A DNA stretch of 64,000 nucleotides from Octopus vulgaris (GCA_951406725.2 OX597829.1:28210001-28274000), one strand, 5' to 3'. Shown: positions 25,913 through 38,677, counted from the first letter of the stretch. Program-made: numbers and translations. The notes: generated by a model not told the origin, from the letters alone.

Positions 25913-26025
25913 ATCTTGGTTTAGCTTGCCATGTTGGAATAGACTTGGATATACCCAGTATTGGTGTTGCTAAATCTCTTTTTTATTGCCATGGAATTCA
26001 GAAGGATAGCAGTTTCTATGAAAAG
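25913..26025 (+). CDS. ENDOV: Endonuclease V exon
   Basis: tttcag|AT...AAG|gtttgt, 113 nt; (D)LGLACHVGIDLDIPSIGVAKSLFYCHGIQKDSSFYEK. Phase is consistent with the preceding exon. Confidence 0.95.
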
Positions 26026-26398
26026 GTTTGTAATTTTCAATAATTCCATTTTCTAACTTGTTGTCAGTTGCCACTAGTTTTGATTTTTTAATAATTTTAT
26101 GCACTAATTAAACTAATTAGAAATCAATAGTTGTGATGATCACAGTCCATATGTAATAAACAATTCTAATATACGAAGTCTTTAATACTTCTGTCTCCCT
26201 TTCTGCCATGACACTAATTCTGAAGCCAAAAAAGGATCAATGAGTACTTCTGTTAGATTTGTTTGGCAATTGGTTAACTTATTGAGTGCTTATGATATTT
26301 TTTTTACATTACCACTTGTGAACAACAGTGATGACAAGTACTGCTGATTACAAATTTTAAAAAACCCATTCTTTAGATCAGTGGTTCCCAACCTTTGT

Positions 26399-26564
26399 TA
26401 TGCCCCACACCCCTAAAAACTTTTAATATGTTCTCGCACTCCTTAAGATAATAATTTATATAAGAATAAACGTGCCCAGGGCAATTACCTTCTTTGACCC
26501 CCTATAAATCCAGCCCTGCTTGTGCCCCCAAGAGGTGTGAAACACCCCTGGTTGGGAAACCCAG
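26399..26564. mobile_element. hAT-like MITE
   Basis: TIRs CAGTGGTTCCCAACC / GGTTGGGAAACCCAG; exact 8-bp TSD CTTTAGAT. Confidence 0.8.
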
Positions 26565-26732
26565 CTTTAGATATATTGAATTTCTGATGGTAAGTGTGAC
26601 AAGGGAGTGTTTGTAACTTAGTGCATGACAAATATTACAGAGGACTTCATTAAAAGAACATTTGTTACTCTTTTACTCTTTTACTTGTTTCAGTCATTTG
26701 ACTGTGGGCATGTATATTTGTATGTAGATATA

Positions 26733-26772
<40 letters not shown>

Positions 26773-26775
<3 letters not shown>

Positions 26776-27095
26776 CCGGTGGTACATAAAAAGTATCATC
26801 CGAATGTGGCCGATGCCAGCACCACCGTTTTGGATGGCTTCCGTGCCGGTGGCACGTTAAAAGAACCAACCGATTGTGGACGATGCCGGATTCCCCTGGC
26901 ACCTGTGCAGGTGGCACGTAAAAAGCACCCACTACACTCGCGGAGTGGTTGGCGTTAGGAAGGGCATCCAGTTGTAGAAACTCTGCCAGATCAGACTGGA
27001 GCCTGGTACAGCCCCTGGCTTCCCAGACCCCGGTCAAACCGTCCAACCTGTGCTAGCACGGAAAACGGACGTTTAAACGATGATGATGATGATGA
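26773..27095 (+). mobile_element. RTE-type 3' tail with three GTGCCGGTGGCACGTAAAA units
   Basis: Ends CGGACGTTTAAAC(GAT)n; same family as 12165-12660 and 55305-55660. Confidence 0.75.
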
Positions 27096-27186
27096 TATAT
27101 GTATGTATATATACATATACTTGCTCTCACACATACAATTCACAACATTACAGTATAGCTATCAACTCATTTCCTATGTTCTTCAG

Positions 27187-27258
27187 GTACAGAATATGAA
27201 AGATGGTGGAGATAGTTTTCCTTTAGTTCGAGAACTTGACAACAAAACTATTGCTTAT
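27187..27258 (+). CDS. ENDOV: Endonuclease V exon
   Basis: cttcag|GTA...TAT|gtaagt, 72 nt; VQNMKDGGDSFPLVRELDNKTIAY (GDSFPL as in vertebrate ENDOV). Confidence 0.92.
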
Positions 27259-27369
27259 GTAAGTCTTTAATTTACTTCGTTATTTTTTTTTCAGTTTTCC
27301 TGCCATTCTTCATCCTCATATTTAGAACACTGAACATATCTGTCATTTTATTTTCATCCTTAGCCATGC

Positions 27370-28545
27370 TCTTCCTGCCCTTAGAAGCAGATGCCACCTA
27401 CAACAAGCTGCATTCATGTTAAATCAATCTATTGCCAACCATATTTTTGCCCTTTGTCTCATTATTGAAAGATCTTGGGAGTTCCTCAAATATCACTACC
27501 TCTACGTTACCTTCGTTGACCTCAAGGCAGCATTTGATATGGTCAACCATAAATCCCTCTGGAAAATTCTCAAGCTTGTCAGCATGCCTTTCAAGATCAC
27601 CACCTTGTCCCAGCAGCTCTATAGCATTGCCAAGAGTTATGTGTGGGTGAATGGGAAGGACTCTGGCTGGTTTTTCCATCAACAGTGGAATCAGACAGAG
27701 CTGCATAGCTGCCCCTGACCTCTTCAGCTGTGTCATCAGTCATCTGATGACCAAAGTCAGTGAGTGAGTGTCTGACATTACATTTGGGAACTACCACCTT
27801 ACAGACCTGGAGTATGCAGAGGATACCATCCTATTTAGTGACTTGATCAACTAGCTCAGAGATGCACTGATCATTTACAGAGAAGAATCAGCAAAGTTTG
27901 GCCTTCAGGTGAATTGGGTGAAGACCAAGCTGATGCATGTCGACGATAGTCCAGACCCTCCTCCTCTCCATATTGGCCCTGACATTATGGAGTTTGTTAG
28001 CTCCTACATTTACCTGGGTTCTGCAGTTACCAGCAATGGTGAACTGACCCTGGAAATCAATCACAGATGTGGTCTGGCCGCCAGGGTCATGTACTCCCAA
28101 TGGAAGCCCCGTTGGTGCCACTGCTCTATCTCTCGGAAGTCAAAACTCTGCATCTACAACATGTCAGTTCTCCTCTATGGAGCAGAAACATGGCCCCGCA
28201 AAAAGACCCTGGTAAAGAGGATCAACAACTTCGATAGCAAATCCCTGAGAACCATTGAGAACATCAGATGGTCCCTTCATGTTTCCAATGAAGAACTATG
28301 TGCACTCACATCACCCCACAGCTTCCCACCTCATAGCTATCCACCACAAGCATTGGTACAGACATGTTCTCTACTTCCTACCAGATCATCCTACCAGAGC
28401 CTCTTACTCTTGTTCGACGCAGCAACTGCCATCTGGAAGAGGCCTTGTGGCAGGCCTTGTACTAAATAGATGACTGGATGTGATTAAGAAAGATCACCAG
28501 AGGCTTTATGTAATCTTGGAGGATGCAGTGAGGCTGGGATGGGAC
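27370..28545 (+). mobile_element. RTE-clade LINE relic, reverse-transcriptase domain, in an ENDOV intron
   Basis: HIFALCLIIERSWEF..LYVTFVDLKAAFDMV; DLEYAED; YIYLGS; SVLLYGAETW; WKRPCGRP. Multiple stops and frameshifts. Confidence 0.85.
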
Positions 28546-28802
28546 AACTTCTCTCTCTCTTGCTCTATAACCAAGAAGAAGCTCTTTTTTACTGCCTCCT
28601 CCATCCTGCGAGTAGTGGTTTTTCTCTGTGTATATATACGTGTGTGTGTGTGTGTGTGTGCGTGTGCATGCATGTATGTATATATATATATATATCAATG
28701 CTGCTGAAAACACTTATTAGTAATTTTATATGTGAATTTTAAATCCACTTGAAAATATAATACTTTGCATTGTAATATTGATTTTGTATTGCTTTAATTT
28801 AG

Positions 28803-28931
28803 GCTCTCAAAAGTACGAAAGATTCCAAGAAACCCATTTATATATCCCAAGGTTATAAGGTATCTCTATCAACTGCAGTATGGCTCGTGAAGCAATGTTG
28901 TAAGTACAGGATACCTGAACCAGTTCGTATG
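28803..28931 (+). CDS. ENDOV: Endonuclease V exon
   Basis: tttag|GCT...ATG|gtaagt, 129 nt; ALKSTKDSKKPIYISQGYKVSLSTAVWLVKQCCKYRIPEPVRM. Confidence 0.95.
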
Positions 28932-30054
28932 GTAAGTGATGAAGCAGAACTTTTAATCCAGAGTGTAACTTAATGTTAAAACTAAAAATTAAATAATGAA
29001 ATAATGAGCTGTTAGAAATTGCAATTAAATCTCCTTCAAATAGCACCCAACATTCTTTGATACAGGAAAGATATATTAAAATATGAAGTTCTGCAAAACT
29101 CTAGAATGACAAGGTTGGTCATGTTAGTTTATGTTCTAAACATCAGCTTAATAATGACAATGTTATAGCCTTGTGAGCAAGCTTGGTAGATGGAAACTGA
29201 AAGAAGCCTGTAATATATATGTATTTATGTATGTGTGTCTTTGTTTCTGTTTATGTCTCTGTAACTTAGCAGTTCAGCAAAAAAGACCAATAAAATAAAT
29301 AGCAGGCTTACAAAGAATAAGTCCTGGGGTCGATTTGTTTGACTAAAATCAATTAAGGCATTGCTCCAGCATGGCTGCAATCAAATGACTGAAACATGTG
29401 AAAGAATAAAAGAATTAAGAATGTGTTTGTTTTTTTGTGTGTTTCTGTGTGTGAGTGTATTTGTGTGTACTTTTGTCTTGATATCATGTGATGGTTACAA
29501 ACTAGTTTCATTATCACACAAGTGATGTTGCTTGTTTCCGGTCTTCTGTGAAAAATGTCTCTGGTTATGAAGAAGCTTGGAAATAAACAGTTGGGTAACA
29601 GGAAGAGCACCTGGCAACAGAAAAATTTGCCTCAACAAATACCATCTGATCCATGTAAAGAGGGGAAAGTGGATGTGGTGGTGGTGGCGGCAGTTGCGTC
29701 GTCGTTTCCTTTGACTTAGTTGTTAGGAAAACGTACCAGATCATCTACAGAAATGCTGCTTTTGGTTGAGTGGCCACCTATCTCACATTTGCTTAACACC
29801 ATGAAACTAGACTTAGACACATATTAACTTTTCACTTTTTCAGAGATATTAACATGCTTATCTCTAGTAATATCAGACATGTCACTGTATCCTTTGGCAA
29901 TGCTCTTAACTCATATTTACCAAGTATTATCTCAGAGAAAAAAAGCAATTAATATTATTTAATTAATAGTGGTGATAGTGGCAATAGTGGAGGAAAAAGA
30001 AGAGGAGGTTTTAAAAGCAATATTTCAATAGTTTTGTTCTTTTCCCTTTTATAG

Positions 30055-30102
30055 GCTGACCAGTATTCCAGGAAAATTATCAGAGAATCACAGACTTCAT
30101 AA
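30055..30102 (+). CDS. ENDOV: Endonuclease V last coding exon
   Basis: ttatag|GCT GAC...TCA TAA; ADQYSRKIIRESQTS*. Contains the C-terminal acidic active-site residue (AD..SR). Confidence 0.9.
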   Translation, partial: ADQYSRKIIRESQTS

Positions 30103-31689
30103 TGAACTGAAATGTTCTGAAATATCAATGTTTGCTACAATAATATTTTTAAAACAAAAAACATTTTTCTGGGAAAAAAAAACTGACATATTTTATTCCA
30201 TGTTTATTTCATAAAAGGTACTTTTGAGAAGGTTTTTGTTGCTTTTACTTTGCTAGTCTTGCAAGTTACTTAGCAACCTCATTAATGCTGCTGCCACAAA
30301 AAAATCCTACCCAGTACCTTCTGTAAAGTGGTTGGCATTAGGAAGGACATCCAGCCATTGAAACCATGTCAAGCTGACACTGGAGCTTGGCACAGTCCTC
30401 TGGCTCATTGAATTGTGTCAAACCTTCTAATTCACGTCAGCATGGAATATGGATCTTAAATGATGATGGTGATACTGTCTTTTGTACAGTGTCAAAATTC
30501 CATTGTATTTCTTTGGGCTGGTCACTGGTATAATTCCACAGAATGAGATGCAAGTTTATTTTGCAATTTATAATAGACAGCACTATTAAGAAATACATAT
30601 GGAAAGAGAATATAACATCGATTAATTGGTCTTAAATGGCTAAAATAACCCTTCCATAATTTCGTAATTGCTTCTGTTTAAAAAATTGGTCACTGATCAT
30701 CTTATTTGTCAATCAAATCCAATTCCAAAATTTCGTTATTTTTTTATAAGCTTATAAAAACACAAAAACAAAAATGAACAAATATTTTTCTTAATATGAT
30801 TTTAAAAGATTTTTTTAATAAAAATCAACCATGTATTTTAAAACGAAATTATTTTATACATCATTGCAAGTGGCTGTGAGTTTAAGGTACTGGACAACCT
30901 TGCTACTATCATTGTATTGCTTATCTTTGTATTATTTGTTTGGTCTGGGCAAAGAATCTGTGATTGTGGCTTCCACTGTTCATTCAGGTTGGTAAAACTG
31001 ATGCTTCTTTAACATTCTTCTTGGACAGTTTTTGAAGTCCACAGCTGCAGGAAAATAATATGTGCAAAGAATATATATTCCAAAGAGATGAACATTCTGG
31101 GGCAGGGGAGGAAGGATTGGATCGGGCCTGGAAAGAAAGGTGATTCAGTGTGTGTGGGAGGTGAGACTAGATAGTGCCTTAAGAGCAGAGGCCATTGTAG
31201 ATTGTTAGAAAAGGTAAAGAGAGGACATAGCATATCCATGGGCCAAAGGATAGAGTGTGTGTTGAGGCAGGGGGAGATAGAGTGTGTGTCAGGGAGTGAC
31301 TGAAGTCAAATTACCTATTTTTCAGATGCAGTTTTCAGTATCTACTGTCCCGGATGTTGGAGCAGTATTCGATTGTGGGTACAGATTTAGTAGTTTTGGG
31401 CGGGGCTGAGGTGGATTTTTTTTTTTTCTGGCTCTGAGGAAGAAGACCACTCTTTAAGATGCTATATTTGCAATGTTGTATAAGAGTGTTTGTTGAGGGA
31501 GATCCACAGAGATGGTGAGACCTAGCATTTGAAGAGATTGTGAGGGCTCTAGTGGCATATGATGTTCATATCCTGGCAATAGAATTGGTGTGTTAAAAGA
31601 TTTCTTGATAAACATACTCTTTGTGTCTTTTCATTATTAAAAGAGACAAAAGTGGCATGACCCTCATCGGAGAAAAGTGTTTGAAGTTT

Positions 31690-31923
31690 AAGGCAGCGAG
31701 CTGGCAGAAACGTTAGCACACCAGGCGAAATGCTTAGCGGTATTTCGTCTGCCACTACGTTCTGAGTTCAAATTCCGCTGAGGTCAACTTTGCCTTTCGT
31801 CCTTTCGGGGTCAATGAATTAAGTACCAGTTACACACTGGGGTCGATGTAATCGACTTAATCCCTTTGTCTATCCTTGTTTGTACCCCCTAAGTTTATCC
31901 CCTTGTGGGCAATAAAGAAATAA
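31690..31923 (+). mobile_element. SINE family B, tail variant ending CCCTTGTGGGCAATAAAGAAATA
   Basis: AAGGCAGCGAGCTGGCAGAAACG head, GAGTTCAAATTC B-box-like motif. Copies at 35337-35560 (+) and 37050-37282 (-). Confidence 0.8.
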
Positions 31924-32627
31924 GTGTTTGAAGTTTCTGTTGCTGTAGTTGAAGCAGATATGATCCAAGGTGTTTAGTTGATCTTGGATATGGTACATAG
32001 CTTAAGTTTATCCCTACTGAAATATGGATGTTCTATCAGAACAAATTATACTTTCATATGTTAAACTTTCATATCTGCTTTCGGTACAAAATGCACTCTT
32101 GTTTATATTGCTAGTGGGAAAATAAATCCCCACAACTCCAGTGCTGAGACCACCAGTTCATATGATTTTCTTGGTCTTATCAATGATGTTTGACAACTAG
32201 AAATAGCTGTGGCTCATCTCTCCATCAGTGATTTATAGAATAAAGTATCAGAACAGATGCTGATGTCACAGTTAGCCAGCGAGATTGTTATTTGATACCT
32301 AATTCTGATGATAGCATAATTAGTTTGAAATACATATATTAATCCAAAGGGGGCACTCTGAAATGACTGTTGGTGTTTTACACCTTTTGCTTAAAGTCAA
32401 AATTTTTCTCCAAGGCAAACAGCAGTGAAAATGGCTTTTTAACAGGCCAGATTTTTGACCTGATCTAAAAATTTCTTTATTGTTTTTAATTGTACTACTA
32501 AATACATGAGACAACTCTTCGTGCTCTAGTTTCTTGACTCTCTGCCCACCTCTATCTCTCTATCTCTCACACACACACACACAACAATCCATGGTTTGTT
32601 TCAATCTTTTTCACAATCAAGTATTAA

Positions 32628-32845
32628 CTTTTTAGCATTCATATTCTGTCAAATGCATTGCTTATTAATTAATTCACATTGTTTTGAATAATTAATCATG
32701 CATTATCTCAGTTTTGAGATTTCAATGATGTAATTGTTTATTTGTAGAATAACATTGTTAGGTAAGTGTGAGATGCTGGATATGGCTGGTTTGAGCATAA
32801 AGTAGAATATTTGGGCCGGATATGGTCAGTTTAAATGCTAAAGGG
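32628..32845. mobile_element. piggyBac-like MITE
   Basis: TTAA flanks; TIRs CTTTTTAGCATT / AATGCTAAAGGG. Confidence 0.6.
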
Positions 32846-34334
32846 TTAAATGATGAAACACACATCCAGTTGTTAAAAAATAATTGCTTCAGCAAATAAA
32901 CAACCCACCGACCACCTCATCTAGTATGGATAAAAATTTGTCTAAAAGACTTGAATTTTTGTTTTTGTACTGAGGTTGACATTTCATCCATCTTGTGGTT
33001 GCAGTCTGAGTAGATTTCATAAAATGCTTTGATCGTGGCTACCAACTGGAAAGTTTGATTTTAGCAAGCAGAACCTTCCATTGAGATATTTGCCTTAACC
33101 ATTTTGAAGATATTCCTAATCAATGTCATAACATTCCTTTTGTATATATATATATATATATATTATATATTTATATAAGCACACATACACATACCCTTTT
33201 TTCTATGTGTGTGTTTTGAGATATTCCAAAAAAGTGTTATTTCATGTACAAATTCTTATAACATCAAATATATATATATATACAAGCATTGAATTTATCA
33301 TCACTATATAATTACAGCTGTTTCGTTAACTTTTTTATATAGTATAATAATTATGTTACACACTCAAAATTTTGTCCGTACATTTTTATATCAATATGTA
33401 TAAAGTGAAACTTACTCATCGGATCTCACGGACTATTATATAATAACATATTTGAAACACTACCATATTTGTATGAAGTTTGTAAATTAAATCCGCTGTC
33501 TTTTTTTGTTGAGACTTCTCAACTGCCAAACTGAAATGAGAGTACATATTGTTTTTATCAAACAGGTAAACTGTAACATACAAAAGCCTGGCTTCTTCTG
33601 TTTGCTATTTCACTGTCATTTTAAATTATGAAATAATCATCAAAAGATATTAACTGGAGGTTTTCAGTTACGTGTATGTATTATAAGTATTGCTTCTCAG
33701 ATCATTATTACAGGAACTAGAGGGCCTGTGATGAATATTTTTTATACTGTAGTTCACAACAAAGAGTCTTGAATTTTGTATCCACCAATGAGTGTAAATA
33801 TGTAGCAAAACCGAACAACAGAATATATTTTTCAAAATGCCTTAATAACAAACAGTTAGAAATGTGGGTTTTTTTAATATTTACGTCTGGCAAGCTTACA
33901 TATATTTTGATACCATTTACATTTCAAAGTTTGTTTACGACAAGTTTCATAACCATCCTTGGTTCTATAATACAAAATTTCTATTTTATAGTGACTTAAA
34001 TTATACCCCTTCCACCAAAATTTCAAGGTAATTTATGTCCCAAACACCATTTTAATAATAACAAAATTATTTAACTAAATTCCTCATTATGATCAAAATT
34101 AATTTAAATAAAGACAGTTTACTAATCTTTTTAATACAAATAAAATTGTTAACAAGTCATTGTTTTTCTGTATTTTTTCATTAAAATGTTACTGTTTTTC
34201 CTACAAATTTAACGTTGCTTAATTTATCTTTTGTTTTCACTCATTGTTTTACTGACTCGACTATCAAAGTGGTGTTCAAGTCAGCATTTTCAGGTACAAT
34301 AATACAAACTGTATAAATAACAAGAACGTTGTAC

Positions 34335-34787
34335 ATTATTTACATTTGACAGATATTTGTCCTCATCTTGTTTGTTAACACAATGTTTTGGCTGATATAC
34401 TCTCCAGCCTTCTTCAGGTGTCTTGGGGAAATTTCGAACTTGGGTTCTCATTCCCAAGGTATTTTTCAATGTTGTTGTTGTTGTTATTCAGATCACTGCC
34501 TGGAATCAAACTCAGAATCTTGGGGTTAGTTGCCTACGCTTTTAATCACCACACCATATGGGCATATGGCGTAGGGGTTAAGAGCGCAGTTTATTAGCCC
34601 CAAGATTCCAAGTTCAATTCCAGGCAGTGACCTGAATAATGATAATAATAACATTGAAAAATACCTTAGGAATAAGAACCCAGGTTCAAAATTTCCCCAA
34701 ACATCTGAAGAAGGCTGGAGAGTATATCAGCCAAAACATTGTGTTAACAAACAAGATGAGGACAAATAACTGTCAAATGTACATAAT
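34335..34787. mobile_element. Head-to-head palindromic element: tRNA-like head plus hammerhead-like tail in each arm
   Basis: Arms 34335-34560 and 34563-34787 are reverse complements. Each has an A box (TGGCGTAGGGG) and a B box (GTTCAATTCC), then CTGAAGA-AGGCTG..CAGCC-AAAACATT-GTGT. Confidence 0.85.
34700..34745 (+). ncRNA. Degenerate minimal (type I, dimer-type) hammerhead ribozyme motif; mirror copy at 34377-34421 (-)
   Basis: Stem I ACAY/GTGT, core CTGAAGA, stem II GGCTG/CAGCC. The expected GAAACGTT reads AAAACATT, consistent with two CpG decays. Confidence 0.6.
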
Positions 34788-36419
34788 TCCTCACCTCTCA
34801 AATATAGAACTGTATTATCTAATCAGTATGGAGCCAACATTAGATTTCAAAGAGCATTGTAGTTTGCTTGAAGCATTGTAGTAGAAAAAAAAGAGAAATA
34901 AAGCTTTTAACAATGCAGTAAGTTTTACAAAAACCCTTTATATTTCAGGCATAGTTGGAGAGTTGCTGCTGCTGCTAACCCAAACACTGAGCAGTCAAAA
35001 ATAACAAAATCTATGTAAATACACATTTCTTGGACTGCTTCCTCCTGAAGATAAGCCTTTGTGCCCAAAATATAATGGTTTCTTTGTAAAACTTTCTGCA
35101 TTGTCAGAAGCTTTCTTTATTTCCCTTTACTTTCATTTTTTACTTCTATATAAATAATAACAATGATTTCAAATTTTGGCACAAGGTTTAATTGAGAGGA
35201 CTTAAGTCTATTACATAGACTCTAGTCTTTGACTGTTACTTTATTCTATAGACTTGCAAAGGATGAAAGATAAAGTAAACCTTGGCAGGATTTCAACTCA
35301 GTGTAATGAGCTGTAAGAAATATTGCTTAGGTTAAAAGGTGGTGAGCTGGCAAAAATGTTAGCATGCCAGGCGAAATGCGTAGCCGTATTTTGTTCTGAG
35401 TTCAAATTCCACCGAGGTCGACTTAGCCATTCATCCTTTTGGGGTCAATTAAATAAGTACCAGCTACGCACTGGGGTTGATGTAATCGACTTAATCCCTT
35501 TGTCTGTCCTTGCTTTCCCCTCTGTGTTTAGCCCCTTGTGGGCAATAAAGAAATAAGAAATACTGCTTAGCACTTTGTTTTATGTTCAGGCATTTATGAT
35601 GACGAGTGTTCTAGCTGATCCGGTAATGTAACAGCCTTCACATGAAATTAATGTGCAAGTGGCTGAGCACTCCACAGACACACATACCGTAAACATAGTT
35701 CTCAGAGAGATTTAACATGACATAGAGTGCAACAAGGCTAGCCCTTTGAATCACAGCTACAACTCATTTTTGCCAGATAAGTGGACTGGAGTGTGAAATA
35801 ATGAGTCTTGCTCAAGGATGCAACACACCACTGGGGATTGAAGTTGTGACCTTATGATCATGAGCTGAATACCCTGACCACTACACCATGTACCATCACT
35901 TTAATGTGCAAAGGATTGAGCTTCCAACCCAGAACCTGAGGGCCTTGTTTATATTTATCACCAGATAGGAGCATCTGCTTTCTTCACAATCATGTGATCT
36001 GGTTCAGTCACACTGCACAGCACCTTGGGCCAAGTGTCCTCTACTATAGCCTGAGTTCAAATAAAGCCTTATGAGTAGATTTAATAAACAGAAACTGAAA
36101 GAATCCTCATGTATGTATGTGTTTACTTGCTGTAAACAAAATAAGAGTACATGGTGTTCCATTAAATGAAAAGTTAAAATACATATTATAAATGCACAAA
36201 CAAATGGAAAACAGACACAGAAGGACACCAAATTCTCATCAGTTATCAGCCAGAGGGCCAAACACAATTTCGCACCTTGAATGATAATATAGGTCCCCTC
36301 TGGTGGTACCAGCAGCAAGAGTCACAAGGAAGCGGCAAGCCAACGAACAAGGGACCAAACATAACAGAAAGAGAACAAACAAACAAGAAATAAACAAATA
36401 TGCTATACCTTCTTTACAG

Positions 36420-36745
36420 AACTCATTTTTTCCATCCAATTGATTTTGAAGACTGTGGAATAAATGATAATCAGATGGGGCAATGGCTGGCAAATGTAAT
36501 GGGTGGGGTATAGTTTCCCATTCAAACTACTCTAGCCTTTGGAATGTCATCCTCGCTGTACGCAGCCAAGAATTATCCTGATAGAACACAATTTGTCTTG
36601 AAACTAAAGATGGTCATTTTTCTTCTAGCACAGGTATCGATGAATGGTTAAATGACCAAATCCAAGCTTCTCTGCTAGTTCCTCAACAGTTACAATGGGA
36701 TTTTGTTCCATCAGGGTTTACAGGACATCCTCGTTGAGCTCTACA
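36420..36745 (-). mobile_element. Mariner transposase relic
   Basis: Minus strand LMEQNPIVTVEELAEKLG... and ...QDNS...WETIPHP...AIAPSDYHLFHSLQN. Confidence 0.7.
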
Positions 36746-36750
36746 GCTAT

Positions 36751-36935
36751 TCGATGGCAATATTACCATTTTCATCCCCTGGTATTTTGCCTTCGCTAAG
36801 TGCAAGGAGGGTATGAGAAAATGCTGCTGTGATATCACGTCGCATATGAGCACGCATATTGGTGTGAAGTTTGAGAGTCTTCACCAGTGGCCACAATGTG
36901 GATGACTTAAGACATGCACTTACTGCATCAGCTCT
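36751..36935 (-). repeat. Inverted 185-bp copy of Helitron PIF1 coding sequence 40361-40545
   Basis: Reverse-complement alignment by eye gives 2 mismatches. Confidence 0.9.
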
Positions 36936-38096
36936 TCTTGGTTGTATCTTCTAGGTTGTATTTTCCAGCTCAGAATTTTTGGAACTCCTGTTGACACCAG
37001 TTTACATTTATTGTCTAATCCCCATATACTGCATTCTTTGTACTTTCTTATTTCTTTATTGCTCACAAGGGACTAAACATAGAGGGGACAAATAAGAAAA
37101 GACAAAGGGATTAAGTCGATTACATTGACCCCAGTGCGTAATTGGTACTTATTTAATCAACCCCAAAAGGATGAAAGGCAAAGTTGACCTCAGTGGAATT
37201 TGAACTCAGAACGTAACGGCAGATGAAATACCGCTAAGCAGTTCGCCTGGTGTTCTAACGTTTCTGCCAGCTTTCTGCCTTAATTCCTTGCACTTTCTGT
37301 TGCGTCATTGCCTTTATTGAACTTATAAAGCAAAATATGTCGAATTTGTTCCTTTGTCACTTCCATTTTAGCTTTGAAATAATAACTGTTAAAATAGAAC
37401 TGCACTCTTCATAACTTGTACTAAGAATAAGTACAAGGTAAAATTACTACCTGCTTTTATAGTAAATTGATTCCACATCACTCCAATTGAATTTATGCAA
37501 TTGAAGAAATCGCATTGTTTATGGAATGACCTAATTTATATGTGCAAGCGTGTTTGAGTTTGTTCCCTATCATCACTTGACAACTAATGTTGATGTAGCA
37601 GTTCAGCAAAAGAGACTGAAAGAATAAGTACCAGGCTTTAAAAAAAAAAAAAAAAGAAAGTACTGGGGTCACTTCATTTGACTAAAACCCTTCAAGGCAG
37701 TGCCCCAGCAGAACCACAGTCTAATGACTGAAGCAAGTAAAAGATAAATTGCTCTAAGTTAAAACTTCCCATCAAAATTCCATATTAATTTACAGTCCAA
37801 ACATTAGTTTAATAGTGACAGTTATTTTTCTGGAATTCCTCATTATTTTCAAAATTCATTGAAACAAAATATGGTGATAAAAGGGTTAATTGTAGTCATA
37901 CCAGTGAATGTCTGCAAACTTTGCTGGTGCATGAATTATCCAGAAAGCTACTTTTCAAGCCAAGTTATTTCACAGGTTATGGGTACCAAATAGGGTTTGC
38001 TGTTTTACTAAATTTGGCATAGGTTCAATCTCTGCAGCTATACAGTGGCTGCAATCAACATGTTATCAAACCACAAATAGGTCCTTCATTCAGTTT

Positions 38097-38665
38097 TATA
38101 TATGAAATCCGTTCTGTCTATCAGTGTGTGTATGTGTGTCTTCTCGGATCTCAGGCATCCTCCATCCGATCGTGCTCAAATTTGATATGTAGATACCGAC
38201 AGTATCAGGGCATGTATAAATCTTGAAAAAATTACAAAAATCGATTCCAGGTGAGAATGCGATTGATAAAGCCATTTTTGTCCTGCTTTTCTTCCGTCAG
38301 CCTGTACATAACTGCACCTTCCATTTTTTGTTGTTTTTGTACTGCTTAAAAGTATGTTTCTTTCCTGCCAAGCTTACTGTTTAAACCATGTTTGTGTTCT
38401 CCCAGTCAACAGCCTTATCATTACTGGTACTTTAAACTCTTCGGTTTCATATTTGTGTGAATAAAATCGTTTTTCTTTGAAATAGAAAAAAAAGTCTATC
38501 TTTATTTCTTCTTTTGCTGGCGTCTCAAATTTAGGTTAAATCAGTGTTTCTTAAAGGGGAGGCCTATGGGACGGTTGGACAAGTTGTTTTGAGAAAATTT
38601 GGTTTAAATGTTTGACAACTCAGCACCGTCCATTGGACGGTGGGGGGGGGGGTGCGTTTTGCTTG
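38097..38665 (+). mobile_element. Non-autonomous Helitron-like element
   Basis: (TA)n GAAATCC start; 3' hairpin ACCGTCC-ATT-GGACGGT followed by GCTTG|T. Homologous to 8605-9390. Confidence 0.6.
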
Positions 38666-38677
38666 TATATATATATA

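Noticed and set aside
34563-34632. Genuine tRNA genes here and at other SINE heads (e.g. 10529, 25300-25369, 46130-46196)
   Set aside because: Cloverleaf pairing is incomplete and each continues into repeat body sequence.
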